Notes: a model not told the origin generated them from the sequence alone. Positions 10,236 to 19,629 are shown, counted from the first letter of the stretch. The stretch is DNA of 64,000 bases from Longimicrobiales bacterium (GCA_965249725.1 CBDFMQ010000002.1:2272001-2336000), one strand, 5' to 3'. Numbers and translations: made by a program.

Positions 10236-10648
10236 CGCGGGTGCTACTCGACGTCAACGTGGTGCTCGACGTCTTGGCTGACAGGAAGCCTTTCGCAGAG
10301 GAGGCTACCGCGCTATTCGGCGTGATCGAAGCCGGTGGACTGCACGGCTTCGTGGCGGCCCATACGATCACCACGCTTCACTATCTCCTGGCGAAGCACC
10401 TTGGGAAGGCGAAGACGCGCAGGGTGTTGATGGACCTACTTCAGCTACTCCGAGTGGTGGAGGTAGATGAGGATCGTCTGCGGCATGCGTTGGGACTGAA
10501 TTGGACCGACTTTGAGGATGCCGTGCAGGCAGCCTGCGCGGAGAAGGCGGAGACGGACTATCTCGTAACCCGGGACAAGAAGGGATTCACGCGGTCCGCG
10601 GTGAAGCCGGTAACGCCTGCCGAGTCGTTGGTCCTGATCCAAGAATAG
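10232..10648 (+). CDS. PIN-domain (VapC-like) toxin
   Basis: VLLDVNVVLD...DFEDAVQ...LVTRD. Confidence 0.85.
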   Translation: MTRVLLDVNVVLDVLADRKPFAEEATALFGVIEAGGLHGFVAAHTITTLHYLLAKHLGKAKTRRVLMDLLQLLRVVEVDEDRLRHALGLNWTDFEDAVQAACAEKAETDYLVTRDKKGFTRSAVKPVTPAESLVLIQE

Positions 10649-10691
10649 ACCGAGCTAGCTGATTAGCGTGAGCACCTCCAACATTCATGTC

Positions 10692-10835
10692 CGATAACGG
10701 GCTCACGGACTCACGACGCGGAGGTGGCGGAGCCACCGGAGTGTCCGCGAAGCGGCCGAGCCGCTGGTCATCGTAAGACCCGTCAGCCTACTCGCGAAAG
10801 CGAGCTGAGGCTCGAGCTTGAGTCCGGCGTTATGT
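10692..10835. repeat. attC-like site, family A
   Basis: CGATAAC...CTTGAGTCCGGC-GTTATGT. Confidence 0.85.
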
Positions 10836-11014
10836 GGCGTGAGGGCGGTCACGGCGCCACATGAGCTCGAGTGCAATGCACCCCACTTGCTCTGTCAGAG
10901 TTAGGCGGCCTCCGGTTGAGCGAATCAACAGCCGGCCTCGGCTCACAAAGCACCTGTGATTGAGTCCTCCTCGTCCCACACAAGAACCCCCAAGGGTCGT
11001 CGTGGCGCCAACAC

Positions 11015-11764
11015 CTAGCTTATTAGCGAAAGCCCCCAGGACCTCATCGTGTCCGTGGTGCTAAGTCCTGCCGCCGCACCTACCAGTACGATCAGGCCGA
11101 CAAGACCTCCCAGGAGCACCCAAGGTGGTCGCCGCCGTATGATCCAGTCGCTCCCAATGACCGTGACGACCAAGGCGAGCATCGACAGGGGGAACCACAC
11201 GTCCATTGCGTTTTCGACGCCGGACCGCCGCCAGATGCGATCGATCGCCGGAAAGACGATAGTGATGGACGCCAACAGCATGAAATGCTTATGGATTTGA
11301 GGTGTCCGCCGGTAGTACGCCGCACTCCCCACAAAGATGGTGAATACCAACAGGAAGGCGATGTTCACGCAGAGGTCGAGCACGGCCTCCGCCATGAACG
11401 CCAGTGCCCGTTCAGGGCCCACCAGACCAACGAGGCGATGCGGGATGAACAGAAGTGTCGTAACTGCGCTTGCTACAACGACGGGGATGGCCAAAAGGAG
11501 CCCCGCAGCGCCGAGTCTTCGGTGCAGGTCTGGGCGACGCGACGCGATCAACAGCGTCTGCGTGAAGAACACGACAAACCAGGCCGTGAGAACCCCGCCG
11601 TGTACGTGTATGTAGAGGGGTAGCTCGGGTGTCTCGAAGAAGACCTTGAGAAAGAAGCTTGGTGAGAAGCCGACCAGGACGATCACGAGTAAGACACCGG
11701 CAGTCACCACAAAGAATCGATCGTACAGTTGTGCGCCACCCCACGAGCGTGTTCCGTTGCTCAA
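11015..11764 (-). CDS. Multi-pass membrane protein, cassette gene
   Basis: ~7 hydrophobic segments; HG..LTAW, LHRRLG, HKHFML His motifs. Confidence 0.7.
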   Translation of the reverse strand: MSNGTRSWGGAQLYDRFFVVTAGVLLVIVLVGFSPSFFLKVFFETPELPLYIHVHGGVLTAWFVVFFTQTLLIASRRPDLHRRLGAAGLLLAIPVVVASAVTTLLFIPHRLVGLVGPERALAFMAEAVLDLCVNIAFLLVFTIFVGSAAYYRRTPQIHKHFMLLASITIVFPAIDRIWRRSGVENAMDVWFPLSMLALVVTVIGSDWIIRRRPPWVLLGGLVGLIVLVGAAAGLSTTDTMRSWGLSLIS

Positions 11765-11861
11765 CCTTTGGAGTCCTGTGGCTTCGAGACTTCACACCAC
11801 GGTGTCAGAGTTATTAAGACCGTCTAGCTAAGTTAGTGATTGCACTTCAAAAACTCATGTC

Positions 11862-11975
11862 ATATAACGGGCTCACGGACTCACGACGCGGAGCAGAGCC
11901 ACCGGAGTGTCCGCGAAGCGGCCGAGCCGTTGGTCATCGTAAGACCCGAGCTGCCGGAGCGCGACAGCGCGGAGG
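11862..11975. repeat. attC-like site, family A, right end missing
   Basis: ATATAAC-GGGCTCACGGACTCACG...; no closing GGCGTTA. Confidence 0.7.
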
Positions 11976-12021
11976 CCCTGCATCGAGACGGGATCAGGAC
12001 GGCATCGCTAGGCCATCGGTG

Positions 12022-12642
12022 TCAGTCTTCGCCGCCCGGGGTGGGACGGGCCTGGGATACAAACAACCCCGTCACGCCACCATGTACCAACACCGACAGC
12101 GCGACGTACATACCCGTCGGTCCGCTCTGGGTAATCGCGCCGACAGTGACTGAGGTGAGCAGTCCTGCGGCTACGCCGAGGGTGCTGCCAAGGAGCGCGC
12201 GGCCCGACGAAGGTGTGCCGTTGGCACGACGAGCGCCTGCGTGGGCGCCGATGGCGCCTCCGACCCACCCTCCGACTAGGTAGCCCAATGCTCCCCCAAC
12301 ATCGCAGTCATCGTAGCCGCAATCCGAGGTGAGTGACTGACCGATGAGGTAGCCCAGCGCCACGCCCGTTCCGGAGCCAATCACGCCTCCGAGCACCGCA
12401 GTGCTCCGCAAGCGACCTGAGACGGTGTCCTCCTGTGTCACCCGGGGCAGCCGACTCGGTAAGAGCGATTCACGACTACCCGCGCAGTTCGCCGAAGAGC
12501 CGGGCAGAGGTGTCACGAGCAGCGAGCCCGGTTCCGCCGAGCCCACGCGGGGGTTCGCTGGAGCGTTTCGGTCCAGTGAGCCAGTCGCGCATCCGGCTGC
12601 GAGGACGGCCGCCACAAGAGGTGGGAAACGGCAAGTCAGCAT
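12022..12642 (-). CDS. Gly-rich membrane lipoprotein, cassette gene
   Basis: LAAGC lipobox, glycine-zipper-like hydrophobic helices. Confidence 0.6.
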   Translation of the reverse strand: MLTCRFPPLVAAVLAAGCATGSLDRNAPANPRVGSAEPGSLLVTPLPGSSANCAGSRESLLPSRLPRVTQEDTVSGRLRSTAVLGGVIGSGTGVALGYLIGQSLTSDCGYDDCDVGGALGYLVGGWVGGAIGAHAGARRANGTPSSGRALLGSTLGVAAGLLTSVTVGAITQSGPTGMYVALSVLVHGGVTGLFVSQARPTPGGED

Positions 12643-12726
12643 AGGCCCTCCAAGAACCAACGCGGTCGCTACGACCGATGGCGCTCGTCTTCAATAACTC
12701 GTGATGCTACTGCAAAAACTCATGTC

Positions 12727-12868
12727 ATGTAACGGGCTCACTGACTCACGACGCGGAGTGCCGAAGGCACGGAGTGTCCGCGAAGCGGCCGGCCTGCTGC
12801 TCACGTTAGAGCTTGTAGCCTACCAGCGACAGCGGCTCCGAGGGCCGTGCTTGAGTCAGGCGTTATAG
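12727..12868. repeat. attC-like site, family A
   Basis: ATGTAAC...CTTGAGTCAGGC-GTTATAG. Confidence 0.85.
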
Positions 12869-12881
12869 GACGTGAGTGCGG

Positions 12882-13250
12882 TTACTCCTCGCTCGCTGGT
12901 GTAGCAGGCTCTCTCAGACGTGCGCCGAGAAACCCCCCGAGACACGCGGCTATAAGGCCAGAAGCGAGGAAGGGCAAGTCGTCCCCGAAGAAGGATGCGA
13001 ATTGTCCAGAGGAAATCAGGCCGATCGTGACGAGTAGCAAACCGGGGGCAACTACCCACAACCCCCATCTCCAGGCACCACCCGGCCAGAGGATGCCGGG
13101 AAGTAACCCCGCGGCACCGAAAATGGCCGTTGAAATGAGGATCGCTGTGGCGAAAGACGGCGACTCCAATGGCAGGTTGGCTGGCGCGGCTGCCGCGAGG
13201 AGACCGAGGAGGACGGCGATCACGTAGGCGTAGCGTGGCTGCCGGTTCAT
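12882..13250 (-). CDS. Small membrane protein, cassette gene
   Basis: Four hydrophobic segments; fills the interval between two sites. Confidence 0.65.
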   Translation of the reverse strand: MNRQPRYAYVIAVLLGLLAAAAPANLPLESPSFATAILISTAIFGAAGLLPGILWPGGAWRWGLWVVAPGLLLVTIGLISSGQFASFFGDDLPFLASGLIAACLGGFLGARLREPATPASEE

Positions 13251-13313
13251 TGGGACTTCCTCTGAGATGGTGATCGTCGTCCAACTAGTCGTTTAACTTC
13301 GAAAACTCATGTC

Positions 13314-13457
13314 CGATAACGGGCTCACTGACTCAAGACGCGGAGGTGGCGGAGCCACCGGAGTGTCCGCGAAGCGGCCGGCCCGCTGCTCACGTTAGAG
13401 CTTCCAGCTTCCCCGCGACAGCGGACCCGAGGGCCGTGCGTGAGTCTGGCGTTATGT
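13314..13457. repeat. attC-like site, family A
   Basis: CGATAAC...GAGTCTGGC-GTTATGT. Confidence 0.85.
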
Positions 13458-13622
13458 GGCGTGCGCTTGGTCTCGTGACGAAAACGCCACCAAAATGGTG
13501 CGTCCGCATGGACAAGACGGTGATGGGATCATTGAGACGAAATCAGTAGTAGGACGTCACAGGATACGATGAGCCGTCCAATCCACCTGGATGTCGGCAA
13601 GGTCCGGTAGAGTGAGGTCCCG

Positions 13623-14135
13623 ATGAAGAAGTGGTTGCGGCGCATCCGAGGTGCGGTCGGAATGGGATTGACGTGGGCGGCTGGGTGGGCACCCATAGGA
13701 GCTGTCGTCGGCCTGGTGCTGGGAGTCGTTATGCCCCCGGTTCTCGGCCTTGGTGCAGTCGTCGCACTCAACGCTAAGGCCTTCGCCGCACTGGGCTTCG
13801 TAGGTGGGACGCTCTTTTCGACGGTCCTCCGGCTAGCAGAAGGTCGTCGCAGGTTCGATGAGTTGGCGCTTCCACGATTCGCCGCCTTGGGCGCGCTGGG
13901 GGGCTTTCTGCTAGGAGGGCTCGCAGTCACGCTGGGGATGTGGGGTTCGGGTTTCCAGGCTTTGGGTGTCGCGATCACCGGCATAGCCACCCTACTGGGC
14001 GCGGGCTCTGCGGCCGGTTCGCTTGCGCTCGCGCGAAAGGCTGACCAACACGAGCTGCTCGAGGCCGGTGCCGACGTGGCGGACGTTGGATTGACGGAGG
14101 AGGAGAGGCACCAATTGCTTGAGGGCCCGGCTTAA
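13623..14135 (+). CDS. Membrane protein, inverted cassette gene
   Basis: GAGG RBS, four hydrophobic segments. Confidence 0.7.
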   Translation: MKKWLRRIRGAVGMGLTWAAGWAPIGAVVGLVLGVVMPPVLGLGAVVALNAKAFAALGFVGGTLFSTVLRLAEGRRRFDELALPRFAALGALGGFLLGGLAVTLGMWGSGFQALGVAITGIATLLGAGSAAGSLALARKADQHELLEAGADVADVGLTEEERHQLLEGPA

Positions 14136-14231
14136 CTCTCGCATGAACCGAGTTTCTCGATGGCTCGGGCCCGCAAGCGATGCGCGCGCGCCGGACAGCC
14201 ACTCTGAGTGATCTATGCGGGAGCGCATGTC

Positions 14232-14380
14232 ACATAACGGGCTCACGCGCTCCCGGCGCGGAGTGCGCGCCAGCGAACGGAGTGCCCCGAAGGGACGGGC
14301 CCGTTGGTCTCCACGATAGTGTCACAACAGGTAATGCGCGAAGGCGCACCGGAGGGTCCGGCGGGAGAGCGGCGTTATAC
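14232..14380. repeat. attC-like site, family B
   Basis: ACATAAC-GGGCTCACGCGCTCCCG...CGGGAGAGCGGC-GTTATAC. Confidence 0.85.
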
Positions 14381-14476
14381 GGCGTTCCCGCCCGCCCGCC
14401 TCGAGCAGTCACACGTTGGACGACGCGATCAAGATGCCGCACGCGGTTACGGCACCTGAGGGAAAGCAATCGCCTG

Positions 14477-15067
14477 CTAGACCTCTTCCTGGCCCGAATC
14501 TGCGGGAGTCGGCATCACCTTAAGCCGGGGATCCAAGATCTGTGCGGCGATCCAAAGGTACCAGACGAGAGTTGTCAGGCCATTGGCGATCTGTGCGTAA
14601 GAGCTCGACCTCGGTTGTGCGATACCGCTCTTCCAGTTCCGTAGTGTGGAGGGCTCCACTCCGAGCAGTCGAGCGAGATCACGTTGCGTCACGCACAGCG
14701 TCCGCACTGCATCGGACACGGTCTCCGGAGGAGCCAGACCGGATGTGGAGATCTCCTCGTCTTCGAAGAAGAGAGACCACAGCGGGTCGCCTGTGGTCAT
14801 GCGCTTGAAGCGAAGCCCGACGGCCCAGAAGTAAGCGACCTGACGTTGTCGTAGGCAGAGTTCGGCCAGCTTGCGGCGATAGAAACGACCCACGCTTCCG
14901 GACGAAGACCAGTTTCGGACTGTACCGCGCGAAAGCCCAAGGAACTCGGCGAGTCGAACTTGCGGTATGCAGAGGTCTTGGACGAAGCCCCCAGCCGTCA
15001 TCTCCTCGTAGACACGTTCCGCGTAGAACGTGAAATCAAGCAGCCCGAGGGACTCTAGTTCGGTCAT
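14477..15067 (-). CDS. Protein with two XRE-type HTH motifs, cassette gene
   Basis: QVRLAEFLGLSRGTVRNW and TQRDLARLLGVEPSTLRNWKSG. Confidence 0.7.
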   Translation of the reverse strand: MTELESLGLLDFTFYAERVYEEMTAGGFVQDLCIPQVRLAEFLGLSRGTVRNWSSSGSVGRFYRRKLAELCLRQRQVAYFWAVGLRFKRMTTGDPLWSLFFEDEEISTSGLAPPETVSDAVRTLCVTQRDLARLLGVEPSTLRNWKSGIAQPRSSSYAQIANGLTTLVWYLWIAAQILDPRLKVMPTPADSGQEEV

Positions 15068-15446
15068 GCCTTGGGGTCATCGCCTGTACGTGGCGGACAA
15101 ATCATCATCCAGCCAGGACAGGCAGCTAGGACGGGCGAAATGCGTGGGTTGCCAGGCACCGTGTCCGCGGAAAAGCATGGAACGAAATGGACACATGGCA
15201 ATCTTTTTTTTCAAGAAGGCAAGCAGAATAAGCAACAGCGCTAGCAGCTTGCCAAACGGATCCGGAAGCAGGAGCTCAAGAAGGTCGATGAGCAACGACG
15301 GATCCAGGGCGTGATCCAGGATAAGGGCAGGCATGGCTAATGGACATTATAGCACGCATCAGCTGAGAGACCAAGCCAGAGAACGTGCATCCTGTTACGC
15401 TTCAGGGCCACCAGCTAATCCGCCGACGAACTGACCGCTATCAGGA

Positions 15447-15474
15447 ATGCCGTATAACGGATTTTATACGGCGT
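15447..15474. repeat. 28-bp mini recombination site (11-6-11)
   Basis: ATGCCGTATAA-CGGATT-TTATACGGCGT. Confidence 0.8.
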
Positions 15475-15498
15475 CGTTTCGCCACGCCCTCCGGGACG

Positions 15499-15993
15499 CT
15501 AGCAGGGCGTAGCGAGTAGAGTATTGAATTCCGAACGGAATTCGGGCGAAAACGTGCCCCTCGTGGCGCACCAGCGCGGTTGGTATTGCGGGAAGGTCAT
15601 GAAGCCCCGCCACGCCTCCCGTTGGGCGGCGAACTCAGCCTCGTCGTACAGCCCCCGGCGGTACTGGTAGTGCACGTTCTCGAAGTACCGAAACATCGCC
15701 ATGGTGCGGTGGTTGAGCTGGACGGAATCCGTCGGCGTCAACGCTTCCGCCCTGTTCGCTCGCCTCACCAAGTCGGCCAGTTCAGGGTTTGTGGCGCCGT
15801 CACTCATCAGGTCGACAATCTGGACGGCTATCTCGTTCCTTGTCTGAGCCTCCATCATCTCTCGATTCTGTGCGAGTTCGAACGCCACGAGGAGGATCCC
15901 AGCCAACACACCGACCTCTGTAACGATAGTCAGCCATCGATTCAGTCGATCATGCTTCGGTCGTGACTGGTTCATCGCCGCCCTCGGATTCAA
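15499..15993 (-). CDS. Hypothetical protein with N-terminal TM helix, cassette gene
   Basis: GVLAGILLVAFELAQN...FENVHYQYRRG; fills the cassette. Confidence 0.65.
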   Translation of the reverse strand: MNPRAAMNQSRPKHDRLNRWLTIVTEVGVLAGILLVAFELAQNREMMEAQTRNEIAVQIVDLMSDGATNPELADLVRRANRAEALTPTDSVQLNHRTMAMFRYFENVHYQYRRGLYDEAEFAAQREAWRGFMTFPQYQPRWCATRGTFSPEFRSEFNTLLATPC

Positions 15994-16021
15994 CCGTTGG
16001 TTCTTCCTGCCTGCCGATGCC

Positions 16022-16165
16022 GTATAACGGGCTCACGCGCTCCCGACCGGAGCCGCATCGCGGCGTAGGTCCCGAAGGGACGGGCCCGTTGCCCTTCACG
16101 ATAGTGCCTGTCCGTCCATCCCGCGAAGCGGGTCCGAAGGGCCCGGCGGGAGAGCGGCGTTATAC
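16022..16165. repeat. attC-like site, family B
   Basis: GTATAAC...CGGGAGAGCGGC-GTTATAC. Confidence 0.85.
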
Positions 16166-16257
16166 GATGCGCCGGATCGGTGACTTTAGTCGTCACTCTC
16201 AGTGGCAACCCAACCGGCGCGGGGTTGTAGTATGTCGAAATTGACATAGTTTCCACC

Positions 16258-16596
16258 ATGAGTCCTGACGACAAGCCGATCGTATGGATTGCCGGTGAGG
16301 TGAAGACGCCGCCTTTCTCCGCAGAGGCGAGGATTGAGGTGGGCATGCTGTTGCGACGACTCCAGAGGGGAGATCGTCTCTCGATGCCGCACTCGCGGCC
16401 GATGACTTCAATTGGACGAGGGTGTCATGAACTCCGGGTTGTGGATGAGGGCGCAACGTGGCGCATCGTGTACTTCGTGGACTCGGATGCAGTGGTGATC
16501 CTCGACGTGTTTTCGAAGAAGACGCGGGCGACACCGAAGCGAGTGATGTCGATCTGTCAGGGACGTTTGAGAGACTACAAAGAGGCTAGGCGGTAA
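16258..16596 (+). CDS. RelE/ParE-family (Gp49-like) toxin
   Basis: EVKTPPFS...SMPHSRPM...CHELRV...WRIVY...VFSKKT. Confidence 0.85.
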   Translation: MSPDDKPIVWIAGEVKTPPFSAEARIEVGMLLRRLQRGDRLSMPHSRPMTSIGRGCHELRVVDEGATWRIVYFVDSDAVVILDVFSKKTRATPKRVMSICQGRLRDYKEARR

Positions 16597-16617
16597 GCGC
16601 CCGAGGGAGACGCGAGA

Positions 16618-16950
16618 ATGGACAAGGCCACAAAGAAGAGACTTGAGCGGGCGGGGTGGAGCACCGGTGACGCCAAAGACTTCCTCGAACTCTCAGAGGC
16701 GGAGGCGGCGTTCATCGACATGAAGTTGGCTTTGGCAGAAGACGTCCGAGCTCTGCGCCTAAACAGACACCTGAACCAGACACAGGTAGCGCGAATCCTC
16801 GGATCCAGTCAATCACGGGTCGCGAAGATGGAGGCGGCGGACTCGAGCGTGTCGATCGATCTCCTCATCCGGTCCCTCTTGAAGCTCGGAGCGAAGCGGA
16901 AGGATGTCGCGAAGGCGGTAGCACGGAAGAGGGTTGAGGCAGCAACCTGA
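16618..16950 (+). CDS. XRE-HTH antitoxin
   Basis: QTQVARILGSSQSRVAKME; follows the toxin. Confidence 0.85.
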   Translation: MDKATKKRLERAGWSTGDAKDFLELSEAEAAFIDMKLALAEDVRALRLNRHLNQTQVARILGSSQSRVAKMEAADSSVSIDLLIRSLLKLGAKRKDVAKAVARKRVEAAT

Positions 16951-16975
16951 GCCCTAACGCCAGGTTGAAGTAGGC

Positions 16976-17003
16976 GTGTCGTATAACGGATTTTATGCGA
17001 TGG
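16976..17003. repeat. 28-bp mini recombination site (11-6-11)
   Basis: GTGTCGTATAA-CGGATT-TTATGCGATGG. Confidence 0.8.
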
Positions 17004-17014
17004 AGGCCGGACAC

Positions 17015-17050
17015 TACGCCATTGACGTATGTGCGCCAATGGCGCATAGT
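17015..17050 (+). promoter_or_regulatory. sigma70-type promoter with palindromic operators for the higBA-like pair
   Basis: TTGACG-17 nt-CATAGT overlapped by TACGCCATTGACGTA and TGCGCCAATGGCGCA. Confidence 0.6.
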
Positions 17051-17054
17051 TGTG

Positions 17055-17373
17055 ATGGTCATCAAGGAAACCTCCGTGTTCACGAGGCAAGTCGATAAGC
17101 TGCTCGACAAGGAGTCCTTTCGACTCCTTCAGCTTCGGCTCGTGGAGAACCCTGAGGCAGGAGATCTGATCAGAGGCACCTGGAGGGCTCCGCAAGATCC
17201 GTTGGCAGGGCTCGGGCCGCAGTAAGCGCGGGGGAGTCCGAGTGATCTACTATTGGGCCCGCGAGGATGAAGTCGTTCTCCTCCTTCTCATGTATGGGAA
17301 GAACGAGCCGGGCGACCTCTCTCCCCAACAACGGACGATTCTGAAGCGCTTGGTGGAGGAAGAATTCTCATGA
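17055..17373 (+). pseudogene. HigB/RelE-like toxin with a 1-nt frameshift near 17181
   Basis: MVIKETSVF...NPEAGDLIRGT | GGLRKIRW...KRGGVRVIYY...YGKNE continues in another frame. Confidence 0.8.
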
Positions 17374-17657
17374 ATGACGATCTATTCAATGAACTCGTAG
17401 CGAGTGTTGAGGAGGGCGGAGCCATTCTTCGAGGGGAGAAGGAGGCCTCTCGGACTCACGTCGTCGAGGATCCCGACGTCGCCGCGATTCGAGAGGGGTA
17501 CGGTCTCTCTCAGGCGAAGTTCGCCGCTCTCCTCGGAATCAGCGTGAGGACGCTCCAGAACTGGGAGCAAGGACGTCGCCATCCCCATGGACCCGCGCGA
17601 GTGCTACTTCGAGTTGCCGCTCGCCATCCCCGGGCGGTTCTTGAGACTGTTAAGTAG
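17370..17657 (+). CDS. HigA-like HTH antitoxin
   Basis: GLSQAKFAALLGISVRTLQNWEQGRRHP.GPA. Confidence 0.88.
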   Translation: MNDDLFNELVASVEEGGAILRGEKEASRTHVVEDPDVAAIREGYGLSQAKFAALLGISVRTLQNWEQGRRHPHGPARVLLRVAARHPRAVLETVK

Positions 17658-17691
17658 CGACTCCCACTCGCCACTCGTTCGTACCTCCGTC

Positions 17692-17840
17692 GCATAACGG
17701 GCTCTCGCGCTCCCGGCGCGGGCTGAGCGCCAGCGAACGGAGTGCCCCGAAGGGACGGGCCCGTTGGTCTTCACGATAGTGCCGCACCCGCTAATGCGCG
17801 AAGGCGCGCCGAAGGGTCCGGCGGGAGAGCGGCGTTAGCA
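17692..17840. repeat. attC-like site, family B
   Basis: GCATAAC...GTTAGCA; interior identical to the 18704 site. Confidence 0.88.
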
Positions 17841-17856
17841 GACGTGCCGGTCCATC

Positions 17857-18657
17857 TCACCACCTGTCGGTGCGGAAGGATGATGCTGGAAGCCCAGCGT
17901 TGTTGAAGAGAGAACCGACAATCCAATTCGTCCAGGCGTATCGGACGGCGGTAGGATTCGGAACAGCTTCACTTGAGACACGCAGGTTTCCACCGCCAAC
18001 GATGACGGCTTCGGCGGGATGGAACACCTTGTCTTCACCCGCCACAGTGAAACTGGTCAACTCGCGGCCGAAACTGGATAGGCCGTCGGGTGCGTGGTCG
18101 AACTCCAGGACGGCTGCACCCTCTTCGACCGTGGAGGACGTGCTCGACGTGCCCTTCGGCGCCATTGACAGCTCTTGGGGCGGTACGCCGCATCGACTTC
18201 GGCCAACGCGTTGGACTTCAGCGCTATCGGGCATGCGTTCATCATCGTTGCTGCGCAGGACGGGTTGGCTGGGGTAGCCTCTGAAGGGCATTTGCATGTT
18301 GGACTGGCCAGACATGAGCCAAACTTCACCGACGACGACATCTTGGAATCGAACGGTCTCGGTCGCGTCACCCGTCCGGGCTTGGACGGAGAGCTCACGA
18401 GGCTCAGCGCTGGCCTCGGGAGAATCGAGGCGGATCATCCATCTCCCGTCGGCCGCGGAGGTAGTCGAGTAGGACTGCCCGGCGAAACGCACGGTGACCT
18501 GGGCGCCCGCAGCGGCCCATCCCCAAACAGGATCTGGAGCGCCGCGCTGCAGAACCATATGGTCGGAGAAGATCGATGGGAGACGAAGTTGAGCGGAAGC
18601 AGGGGCCGGAAACAGAAGCGCGGCAAGGACCGATAGATAGGCTACTCGTCGTGGCAT
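17857..18657 (-). pseudogene. Sialate O-acetylesterase with apparent internal deletion
   Basis: N-terminal LPSIFSDHMVLQR and GEVWLMSGQSNM plus C-terminal AVRYAW...GLPASSFRTD are present; the central region appears missing (266 aa). Confidence 0.7.
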
Positions 18658-18703
18658 AGGTGTGCTCCGTCCTAACTCGCCATTGTGAAGCTCAAAGCAT
18701 GTC

Positions 18704-18852
18704 TGCTAACGGGCTCTCGCGCTCCCGGCGCGGGCTGAGCGCCAGCGAACGGAGTGCCCCGAAGGGACGGGCCCGTTGGTCTTCACGATAGTGCCGCACC
18801 CGCTAATGCGCGAAGGCGCGCCGAAGGGTCCGGCGGGAGAGCGGCGTTACGC
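18704..18852. repeat. attC-like site, family B
   Basis: TGCTAAC...GTTACGC. Confidence 0.88.
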
Positions 18853-18865
18853 GGAGTCGCGCACC

Positions 18866-19090
18866 CTAGTGGTGGGCCAGGTTCCGCACGTGGAGAATCT
18901 CGCGGGCCTCAATCGGACGCAGATCAGCGCTCGAAAGAGTGACGACCGCCACCGTTCCACCTTCCCCGGAGACGAATTCGACCTCATAGGAGTCGTCGGC
19001 GTGCCGATGCACAATCGCCCCGACGTCGCCCACCTCGAGTCCGGCATCTGGAAGGTCCCGGCGCAGAACGACCGTATCGAGCTCTTTCAT
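18866..19090 (-). CDS. DUF4926-like small protein
   Basis: ELDTVVLRRDLP..GL..GDVGAIV.......YEVEF. Confidence 0.75.
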   Translation of the reverse strand: MKELDTVVLRRDLPDAGLEVGDVGAIVHRHADDSYEVEFVSGEGGTVAVVTLSSADLRPIEAREILHVRNLAHH

Positions 19091-19094
19091 ACCT

Positions 19095-19296
19095 CTATCT
19101 CCGCGTCGGGTAAGCGGTTACCAGTACAGGGACATCCTCACCCGTGACCATCCATACGGTGCCGAGGGACACGAATCAACACGTCCTGCTGTTTCCAGTC
19201 GCTGGCCAAGTCCTCTTCAGAAATCTCGGACGTGAGCGACGAGACTCGCTCTAGCGCCTGAAGCATGTGGGCCAGAAAGGCCCGGTCACGATTCAT
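19095..19296 (-). pseudogene. Fused remnants: HEPN/DUF86 N-terminus joined to DUF6883-like C-terminus
   Basis: MNRDRAFLAHMLQALER...QQDVLIR (19296 to ~19171), then out-of-frame TVWMVTGEDVPVLVTAYP. Confidence 0.65.
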
Positions 19297-19573
19297 CGAA
19301 GACGACGACGGCCGAGCCGAGAATGGACTCGCGCATGAAGGGGCTGATACCCGGCTCCGTCAGTAGGTCAACCGGGCGCCTGAAGAATCTGGCCAATTCG
19401 TCTTCGGCGCGGATCAACTCGAAATAGCCGATGCCGCTTCCGAAATCCGCGATCAAATCAACGTCGGAATCGGAATGCTCCTCGCCCTTGGCCGCGGACC
19501 CAAACATCCGAAGCCTGACAATGGCATGGCGACGACAACACTCGGCGAGCCGATCTTGATCAAACTGAACCAT
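19286..19573 (-). CDS. MNT minimal nucleotidyltransferase antitoxin
   Basis: FGSAAKGE...SDVDLI...RPVDL. Confidence 0.85.
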   Translation of the reverse strand: MVQFDQDRLAECCRRHAIVRLRMFGSAAKGEEHSDSDVDLIADFGSGIGYFELIRAEDELARFFRRPVDLLTEPGISPFMRESILGSAVVVFDES

Positions 19574-19629
19574 GTCGAAAGGTCTCTCCTAACAACCTCC
19601 AACGTCAATCGGCACCCCTCACAAGTGCT

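Noticed and set aside
17055..17373. Programmed frameshifting in the HigB-like toxin (also the gene at 55725)
   Set aside because: No slippery heptamer is seen; a single-base insertion by mutation or sequencing error is simpler.
9719..18852. Repeats as a CRISPR array
   Set aside because: Repeats are ~145 bp and the spacers are whole genes of 0.4-1.1 kb; no cas genes are present.
9591..18942. Short ORFs overlapping the repeats (e.g. NGLTDSRR, PPECPRSGR, GPVGLHDS peptides)
   Set aside because: They are translations of the repeated sites, not genes.
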